NCBI GenBank assembly: GCA_965205605.1
Contig: CBDBHE010000005.1
Coordinates: 1-64,000, forward strand
Length of the DNA: 64,000 nucleotides
Source of the DNA: Spirochaetota bacterium
GTDB lineage: Bacteria > Spirochaetota > UBA12135 > COTS27 > CBDBHE01
Direction: 5' to 3'
Part shown: positions 57,293-64,000 of the stretch, piece by piece
Layout: each line of letters begins with the position of its first letter
Position numbering within the stretch: the stretch's first letter is position 1
Notes under the pieces: model-generated
Told to the model about the DNA's origin: nothing
The model's database searches: none
The model's input: only the letters and a program-made list of their open reading frames with translations
Translations under genes and position numbers: made by a program

Positions 57293-58402
57293 TTAACGCT
57301 TTCTTTTTCGAAGCTCTTTTAAATAAAGCTTTATATTTTTTTGGTGCTCGCTATAAGTCTTACTAAAAAAGTGAGATTTAGAACCATCTCCTTTCGCCAC
57401 AAAAAAAAGATATTCTGTTTTTGCAGGACTAATCGCTCCTTTAAACGAACCTAAACTTGGTGAGCAAATAGGGCCTATCGGTAATCCTTTATAGTAATAA
57501 GTATTATATCTAGAGTTGAGGTAATAGTGCTTTCGCTTAATATTAATCGCCCCTGCTTTCAAATTAAACTCGTAAAGCCCTTTTTCTTTAAGTGCATAAA
57601 TAATCGTCGGATCATAACGAAGCTTTTCTTTCAATTTTAGCCTATTATAAAGAACTGAAGAAACTAATGGCTTTTCTCTTTCAAGAGAAGTTTCTTTTTC
57701 AATCAAAGAAGCAATCTTAATCTTTTGATAGATTTTACCTGGACTTAAATTTCTTGATTTTGAAAAATCAATGATTCGATTTGAAAAATTGTCTAAAGCA
57801 AGTATAAAAAAATTGGTAATCGTGTCCGTTTTTCTCAAATAATAAGTATCTGGATATAAAAATCCTTCACAAGAATTGTTGACTAAAATCCCTAATTGCT
57901 GATTAATTTCATGTCGCACCCAAAATGATTTGAAAAAATCAAGCGCTTCTTTATTACTAGTAACAACTTTTTTAGTTTCCATTAAAAGTGCAATATCATA
58001 AATATCATACCCTTCTCTAATCGTTAAAACAATATAAGCTTCCTTACCACTAACAAGAGTTGTTAAAATTTCCCAAGTACTCATTCGGTTGTTAAAAGTA
58101 TAAAACCCTGCCTTCGCTCTACGGTCATACCCTATTAACAATGATAAAACCCAAATGAAATTTCGACTTCGAATCACCTTATCTGCTTTTAACCCTATAA
58201 AAAGCTTGTCTAAAGAACCCGATTTTCCTGAAAGATGATATTGGTATTCTTTAAAAGGCTCTAAAACATAGCCCATATTTAAAAAAGAAAAAAAAAAAAG
58301 AAAAAAAAGAAACGTAAAGCTAATGACGTAAAAAAAATATTTTTTAAAAAAATTTTTATGATGTAAAGTAGTTTTTAATTTTGATTGAATAGAAGAAAAC
58401 AC
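57293..58402 (-). CDS. mltG: endolytic transglycosylase MltG
   Basis: TIREG, EGFLYPDTY, ASLIEKET, NTY..KGLPIGPICSP, YLFFVA. Confidence 0.93.
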   Translation of the reverse strand: MFSSIQSKLKTTLHHKNFFKKYFFYVISFTFLFFLFFFSFLNMGYVLEPFKEYQYHLSGKSGSLDKLFIGLKADKVIRSRNFIWVLSLLIGYDRRAKAGFYTFNNRMSTWEILTTLVSGKEAYIVLTIREGYDIYDIALLMETKKVVTSNKEALDFFKSFWVRHEINQQLGILVNNSCEGFLYPDTYYLRKTDTITNFFILALDNFSNRIIDFSKSRNLSPGKIYQKIKIASLIEKETSLEREKPLVSSVLYNRLKLKEKLRYDPTIIYALKEKGLYEFNLKAGAINIKRKHYYLNSRYNTYYYKGLPIGPICSPSLGSFKGAISPAKTEYLFFVAKGDGSKSHFFSKTYSEHQKNIKLYLKELRKRKR

Positions 58403-58517
58403 AGAGAAATAAAATATTTTTTTTGATTTATTTAGATTCTTTTTATTTTAAAATGAGGTTATAAAAGATTCAATCATTGAACCAACTTAAAAAGTTAATA
58501 TCAAACACTTATTTTTT

Positions 58518-59141
58518 TTAAGAGCGAAATCGAGCAAGGCTTTCTAAAGGAAGCCCTAAAATATTAAAATAGCACCCTTTAATCTTTTTAACAAAAGAAA
58601 GTCCTAAAAGCTGTATTTTATAAGCCCCTGCAGCATCTAAAACAAACTCTTTTTTTAAGTAATTTCTTATTTTTTTTTTATCAAAATTATAAAACCAAAC
58701 CTTCGTTTTATAAGAGCGCATCTCATACCAATCTTCATAAACACTGAGACAAGTTGTCAAAATAAGATGAGCCTCTCCACTCAATATCAAAAGCATTTTT
58801 TTAGCTTCATTTAAATCTTTTGGTTTACCTAAAAGCATTCCTTTATAAAGCACGACTGTGTCATAGCAAAAAGTTAGTTTATCTTTACAACTTGGGAAAA
58901 TCGATTGATATTTACTAAGGACGATTTCTCTACTTACTTGTAGCAGTTTTTTTGAATAAGTTTTTTTAAAAGAAACAATCTTATTTTTTTTTAAAACCAA
59001 GCTTTCATCACATTTTGGAGCAAGGGTTTTAAAGCGAAGATTCATTTTACAAAGTAAGTCTTTTCTTTGAGGAGAAGAAGAGCCTAAAATAATTTCTTCA
59101 TTAAAAGCTTTTTTTAAAGAAGTAAGATTTATTTTTCTCAT
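58518..59141 (-). CDS. maf: Maf family nucleoside triphosphate pyrophosphatase
   Basis: ILGSSSPQR, DTVV, LGKP, AGAY.IQ, NILGLP. Confidence 0.9.
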   Translation of the reverse strand: MRKINLTSLKKAFNEEIILGSSSPQRKDLLCKMNLRFKTLAPKCDESLVLKKNKIVSFKKTYSKKLLQVSREIVLSKYQSIFPSCKDKLTFCYDTVVLYKGMLLGKPKDLNEAKKMLLILSGEAHLILTTCLSVYEDWYEMRSYKTKVWFYNFDKKKIRNYLKKEFVLDAAGAYKIQLLGLSFVKKIKGCYFNILGLPLESLARFRS

Positions 59142-59178
59142 ATAAGTTTAAAAAATAAAATAAAAACCTTAGAGACCA

Positions 59179-59928
59179 TTAAGATTTTTTAAAAAGATAA
59201 ATATCACCAAAAACGCGATGTTGACGAATCAATAAATAGTCTAACTTATACAACTCTAAAATAGCTAAAAAAGTAACAATAACTTCGTTTTTAATAAAGC
59301 GATTTCCAAACAAGCTATAAAATTCAATTTTTTCTTCTTGCTTAAATTGATTTTTAATAAAATTCAATTTATCTTCAACTTGAAATTCTTCCTCTTCTTC
59401 TAAGCTTTCATCATTTTCCATTTTATCAACTACGTCAACAAATCCAGAAAAAACTTTTAAAAGTTCATAAATTGTCACGCTTTCCCAAATATTTCCTTCA
59501 TTCACATCAAAGGTTGTTTGGCAATCTTTTCTTTCAATGATTCTTTCAGCATGAAATTCACTATTTTCAAGCTCTGCAGCAATTGCTTTGTATTTTTGAT
59601 ATTCAATGAGTTTGTCAACAAGGTCTTTTCTTGGATCTTCTAAAAGAAGGTCTTCATCTGACTGCATTTCAACCGGCAAAAGCATTTTAGATTTAATCAT
59701 AATCAACGTAGCCGCCATTGCTAAAAAATCAGAAGCCAGATCAATATCCATTTTTTGTATCACTTTAATCGCATCTAAGTATTGTTGTGTAATTTCAAAA
59801 ATAGGAATATCAAAAATATTAACTTCAGAAGAACGAATAAGATCTAATAATAAATCAAGAGGACCATTCCAAGTAGGCAGTTTGACTTTATATTGAAAAG
59901 GTTTAGAAGAAGTTTTTTGAGGATTCAA
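59179..59928 (-). CDS. scpA: segregation and condensation protein A (kleisin)
   Basis: GPLDLLLDLI, FLAMAATLIMIKSKMLLP, EDPR, FLAILEL. Confidence 0.95.
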   Translation of the reverse strand: MNPQKTSSKPFQYKVKLPTWNGPLDLLLDLIRSSEVNIFDIPIFEITQQYLDAIKVIQKMDIDLASDFLAMAATLIMIKSKMLLPVEMQSDEDLLLEDPRKDLVDKLIEYQKYKAIAAELENSEFHAERIIERKDCQTTFDVNEGNIWESVTIYELLKVFSGFVDVVDKMENDESLEEEEEFQVEDKLNFIKNQFKQEEKIEFYSLFGNRFIKNEVIVTFLAILELYKLDYLLIRQHRVFGDIYLFKKS

Positions 59929-59941
59929 TTAATTTTTAAAA

Positions 59942-60691
59942 TCAAAATAGATTTTTTATATTTTCTCTCAAAATAGGGAGATATTCATCCCAAGTTCCTA
60001 TGTCTTTAAACCCCCCTCTAGGTTCAAAAAAAGAAATTGCATACTGATTAGAAATGGCATATTTAACAATTTGAGTCGTGGTGTACTCATCATGCTCTGT
60101 TTTTGCAATCTCTTTTGAAAGCATCGCTAAACGATTAGACAAAAGCATCACGCCTCCTTTTGCTAAATTTCCCCATTCACTACTGTCTTTTGGCTTTTCA
60201 TAAATATCAATTGGATAACCCTCATCATTACACTTAATAATGGCAAATTTTTTCACATTATCCACATGAGCAACCATAATTGATAAATCAGATTTTTTTT
60301 CTAAATAAGTATTTTGAAGTTTAACAAAAACATCTTCTTCTAATAAATAATTATCACAATCCATAAGCATCACATCACTTTCTCCAAAAAGATGTTGTGC
60401 TTGATAAAAAGCCCCTCCATTTCCATCTAGTACTTCTTGAAAACAATAAGTAATCTTAAGGTCAAATTTAGAACCATCCCCCAAATACTTCATAACCATC
60501 TCAGCAAAATAATGCAATACTATAATGACTTCAGAAACTTTCAAACGCTTTACCTGTCCTAAAATTCTTTCCATAATAGAAACAAAACAACCTTCTTTTC
60601 CCACTTCAATTGGCATCAAAGGCTTAGGCAATACTTTAGAGTAAGGACTAAGGCGAATCCCTTTACCAGCAGCTAAAATAACAACTTTCAA
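59942..60691 (-). CDS. sugar-phosphate nucleotidyltransferase (NTP_transferase family)
   Basis: VILAAGKGIRL...LPKPLMPI, YEKP, DIGT. Confidence 0.88.
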   Translation of the reverse strand: MKVVILAAGKGIRLSPYSKVLPKPLMPIEVGKEGCFVSIMERILGQVKRLKVSEVIIVLHYFAEMVMKYLGDGSKFDLKITYCFQEVLDGNGGAFYQAQHLFGESDVMLMDCDNYLLEEDVFVKLQNTYLEKKSDLSIMVAHVDNVKKFAIIKCNDEGYPIDIYEKPKDSSEWGNLAKGGVMLLSNRLAMLSKEIAKTEHDEYTTTQIVKYAISNQYAISFFEPRGGFKDIGTWDEYLPILRENIKNLF

Positions 60692-61878
60692 TTTTTAGAA
60701 GCTTTAGAAAAAGTCGTTTTTTTACTTTTTAAAAAGATTTTTTGATAAATCTCTTGATGATACTTTCTTAACCATTCATTAAGACGAATAATCCCAATCG
60801 TAAGACACATCATCGCTTCTGTTTTTTTCTTCAAGTGAAAAGGGATCATGCTTAAAAAAAGAGAAGCTTCGATAAAAGAAGCTCGATACTCAATATTACC
60901 AAAATAGATCAACTTTTTTTTAACTAATTTTTCAACATATTTAAAATGTTTTTCAAAACAAGAAACAAGATCTAAATTTGTAAATTGATATTTAATCTCT
61001 ACCTTTTTATTTTTATTAAAAAGCTTAATTTCATAAAGACCTCTTTCAATCAAAGAATAAAAACTTCTTAAGTCATGATAAAGCTTAGCCACATCATAAG
61101 CAACATCAAAATAAATAGATCCATCTGGACTACTGCCTCGACAGTCCAACAAAACAAAATTAAACGGTAAAAACCCACATAAAATATTGTTACAATGAAT
61201 ATCCCCGTGAGAATAATAAAGTTTTTCAGGCGTTAATAAATTAATAATATCTTTGTCTTTCTGGACTGCTTTTAAAATAATGGGTGCATTTAGATATTCT
61301 TTACCATTAATTTTAATAATACTTTCATCCATCATAGGTTTTAAAAAATCAGCTGATTTTTTAATTTCTTTATTTCTTACTCTTAGTTTTTTTAAATGCA
61401 TGTTTTCAAAATAATCTTTTTTAACACACCTAATCGAATTTTCTTCTGTATACAAATGTTTATTTAGTATCTTAAAAAGATGACTCCATCTTAGTTTATC
61501 AAAAAAACTGATGCTAAGTTGATCAATAATAATTTTCCTTAAACTAGGGAAATCATAATACTTCATTTCAAAGAAAGTATCTTTTTTTTTTATAGAAAAA
61601 TGATAGATTTGGGGCAAATAACGACCCAAAGTTTTTTTTTTAAATTTAAGATTCCATTCAATTTCTTTTTTTAATTTCTGTTCCCCTTTAAAGTCTGCTC
61701 TTTTAATAATTCGCTTACCTACTCTCTTAATCGTAGTAAAAGAAGCCCCTAAATCATTTAAAGTGGTGTCTTTTCGAAATTTGTTTAAAAAGTAGCTTTT
61801 TAAAAAAATACTAGTAATATTTTTATTAAGTTTATTTTTTGTTTTTTTTCCAATGCGATTTAGTAATTTTGATTTCAT
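60688..61878 (-). CDS. APH/choline-kinase-fold phosphotransferase
   Basis: Brenner-type HGDIHCNNIL, LLDCRG, YDVAKL. Confidence 0.75.
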   Translation of the reverse strand: MKSKLLNRIGKKTKNKLNKNITSIFLKSYFLNKFRKDTTLNDLGASFTTIKRVGKRIIKRADFKGEQKLKKEIEWNLKFKKKTLGRYLPQIYHFSIKKKDTFFEMKYYDFPSLRKIIIDQLSISFFDKLRWSHLFKILNKHLYTEENSIRCVKKDYFENMHLKKLRVRNKEIKKSADFLKPMMDESIIKINGKEYLNAPIILKAVQKDKDIINLLTPEKLYYSHGDIHCNNILCGFLPFNFVLLDCRGSSPDGSIYFDVAYDVAKLYHDLRSFYSLIERGLYEIKLFNKNKKVEIKYQFTNLDLVSCFEKHFKYVEKLVKKKLIYFGNIEYRASFIEASLFLSMIPFHLKKKTEAMMCLTIGIIRLNEWLRKYHQEIYQKIFLKSKKTTFSKASKN

Positions 61879-62061
61879 TAAATAAAATTCGCTTTATAAG
61901 CAATACCTTATTATACACGCTAAGAGATTATTAAGTAAAGGCAGATTTTTTTTTAAAAAAAAAGGCAAAAATTCTATCAAAATCAAAAAAAGCAATGGTA
62001 TAAAAGAAAATTACTTAAATTAGCTACTAATATGATATTTTTTTAGGAGAAACAAAAAACA

Positions 62062-63192
62062 ATGAAAGGACTCATTTTTTATATTGGCACAGGAGAAGGG
62101 TTTAAAGCTCCTGCTATTTCTATCCAACAATCACTCAAAAAAGAACAACAAGTAATCGTCGATTGTTTTGATTTTTTCCAAGCACTTTCATTAAATTTTA
62201 CTGATAAAATGTTAAAAAGAATGTGGCGATTTTATCTGAGCTTCCCTCTTTTTTTCTTTTTACTGTTTAAAGTAACAGATATTTTTATTATTGACAAATT
62301 GACTAATTGGATACAAAATTTTCTTTTTGAGAAAAAAACATTACATTACTTAAAAAAAAAATCTCCTGATTTTATTATTTCGACTCATTTTATTTCAACA
62401 AAAATTCTTGCAAAAACAATTCATCAACACAATCTTCCTATCTGTTTCTTTGCTTATAACTCTGATGTGATTCTCTCTCACCGAGCTTATATAACCCCTT
62501 GGGTCAAAAAATACTTTGTTGCAACCGAAAAAGGCTATCAAGCAATGCAAGCACAAGGACTGCCCACATCCAAATTATCTATCTGTGAATTTCCAATTAA
62601 TGAAAAATTTTTCAAACAATTTGAATCGGTTAAAAAAGAAAGAAAAAAATTAAATCTTAAAGATAAACCAACCCTGCTGATGGTCTTTGGCGGAGAAGGA
62701 ATCTCTCCTATTTATACATTTATCAAAAAACTTATAAGCTCACCCATTTCTTTACAAATCATTGTTATTTGTGGCAAAAACCAACACATTAAAAACAAGC
62801 TAAAAGTATTAAAAACAAACTACCCAAAAGCAGATCTTTATATTAAAGGCTTTGTAACAAATATGCAAGATTATCTTTATTGCTCTGATATTTCTAGTGG
62901 AAAATCAGGATTAAATGCCATTTTTGAAAGCATCTATATGAAAAAACCTTTTGTTACTTTGTTTTCAATGGCTAATGAAAAATTTGCAAAAGACTATACT
63001 TTTGAACAAGGATTTGGGATTCCTTATACTTCAAAAAACAAACTTATTAAGATTTTAAAAACAATGACCACTAACCAAAACTCCTTAAAACCTTACCAAA
63101 AAGCCTTTAAAAACATCAATGTTAAATTTAAAGGGAACTCTATTTCAAGAGAAATTATTACAGAAACAAAAATCTTTAAAAAAACACTTTGA
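62062..63192 (+). CDS. MGDG-synthase/UgtP-like GT28 diacylglycerol glycosyltransferase
   Basis: GTGEGF..PA, PDFIISTH, FGGEG, VICGKN, GFVTNM, GKSG. Confidence 0.8.
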   Translation: MKGLIFYIGTGEGFKAPAISIQQSLKKEQQVIVDCFDFFQALSLNFTDKMLKRMWRFYLSFPLFFFLLFKVTDIFIIDKLTNWIQNFLFEKKTLHYLKKKSPDFIISTHFISTKILAKTIHQHNLPICFFAYNSDVILSHRAYITPWVKKYFVATEKGYQAMQAQGLPTSKLSICEFPINEKFFKQFESVKKERKKLNLKDKPTLLMVFGGEGISPIYTFIKKLISSPISLQIIVICGKNQHIKNKLKVLKTNYPKADLYIKGFVTNMQDYLYCSDISSGKSGLNAIFESIYMKKPFVTLFSMANEKFAKDYTFEQGFGIPYTSKNKLIKILKTMTTNQNSLKPYQKAFKNINVKFKGNSISREIITETKIFKKTL

Positions 63193-63232
63193 AATTAAAA
63201 TTGGAGTTTTAAAAAAATTAATTTGTTTTTTT

Positions 63233-63859
63233 TTATTTAAATAAATTAAAAAATTCTTTCGGGTTTGAAACTAAATAATCAGGGTTTTGTTTTTTTAAAG
63301 CTTCCGTGTTATTATATCCCCAAGAGACAGCAATCACTTTAATACCTGATTTTCTTGCTGCTTCGATATCTCTAGTTTCATCCCCTATATAGACAGATTC
63401 TTTTGCTAAAAGACCATGTTTTTGCATCAGTTTAAGAATATTTTTGTGTTTGCCAAAAATACTGCGAACTGCATAAAGTTCATTAAAAATATCAATATCA
63501 TTTTTTTTTAAAAATCTAACAACATTATCCTCAACATTAGAAGTCACAATCGCCATAAAGTATTTTTTTTTAACTAATTCTTTTAAAGTATTACAAATTC
63601 CTTCAATAGGAGGGATTTCAGTAATCGCTTTTCCAATTTGTTGTTGACATTCTTTGATAAATTTTGGTATCTTAAAAGGGTTAACTCTCATACTTTTAAT
63701 AAAACCTTGTAAAGTTAATCCTGTCATGGCATTCATTTCTTCATAAGTCTTAGTAGGATACCCATAACGTATGGCAATATCATTACCAATTTCAATCGCT
63801 TTTCTAAAACTATTAATAATGGTCCCATCGAAGTCAAATATAAGATTTTTAAACAACAT
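63233..63859 (-). CDS. HAD-IA hydrolase (phosphoglycolate phosphatase-like)
   Basis: FDFDGT, VTSN, YIGDETRDIEAA, VSWGY. Confidence 0.88.
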   Translation of the reverse strand: MLFKNLIFDFDGTIINSFRKAIEIGNDIAIRYGYPTKTYEEMNAMTGLTLQGFIKSMRVNPFKIPKFIKECQQQIGKAITEIPPIEGICNTLKELVKKKYFMAIVTSNVEDNVVRFLKKNDIDIFNELYAVRSIFGKHKNILKLMQKHGLLAKESVYIGDETRDIEAARKSGIKVIAVSWGYNNTEALKKQNPDYLVSNPKEFFNLFK

Positions 63860-64000
63860 ATTTCTAAATTCTTTTTTTATATTAAAATGCTTTATGCTTT
63901 TTTACAAAAAAGTAAGAAAAATTAACAAGTAACAATTAATTTTATTAATGAAGCATTTAAAGCAAATCATCTTTTCTCTTTTTCTTCTTTTCAACTATTC

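Overview
A very AT-rich, gene-dense bacterial chromosomal window with about 55 CDS. It contains no rRNA, tRNA, CRISPR array or recognisable mobile element. The flagellin at 40.2-41.1 kb has spirochaete FlaB signatures. Together with KdsD and an F-type ATP synthase, this suggests a spirochaete outside Treponema/Borrelia (inference). Most of the window is housekeeping: nth, rsmI, korAB, alaS, moaA, argBDF, obgE, fmt, fabH, hemE, accBC, scpA/scpB, ftsH, purC, acnA, hisHF, the atp operon, mltG and maf. The most notable elements are: (1) an 8-gene minus-strand operon that looks like a complete non-phosphorylative L-fucose-type pathway (UxaA-family dehydratase, two SDRs, lactonase, FAH hydrolase) joined to LutABC L-lactate oxidation, near a LarA-family gene fragment; (2) a short release-factor-like protein with GGE in place of GGQ; (3) a metallopeptidase/beta-propeller/Omp85 fusion coupled to a putative OM barrel and a TPR protein; (4) an APH-fold kinase plus nucleotidyltransferase pair divergent from an MGDG-synthase-like glycosyltransferase; (5) homopolymer-associated frameshifts in argB, tpx and the LarA-like gene, which could be real slippage or sequencing error; (6) a 1 kb decayed gene remnant. 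All family calls come from motif recognition by eye; no database searches were run.
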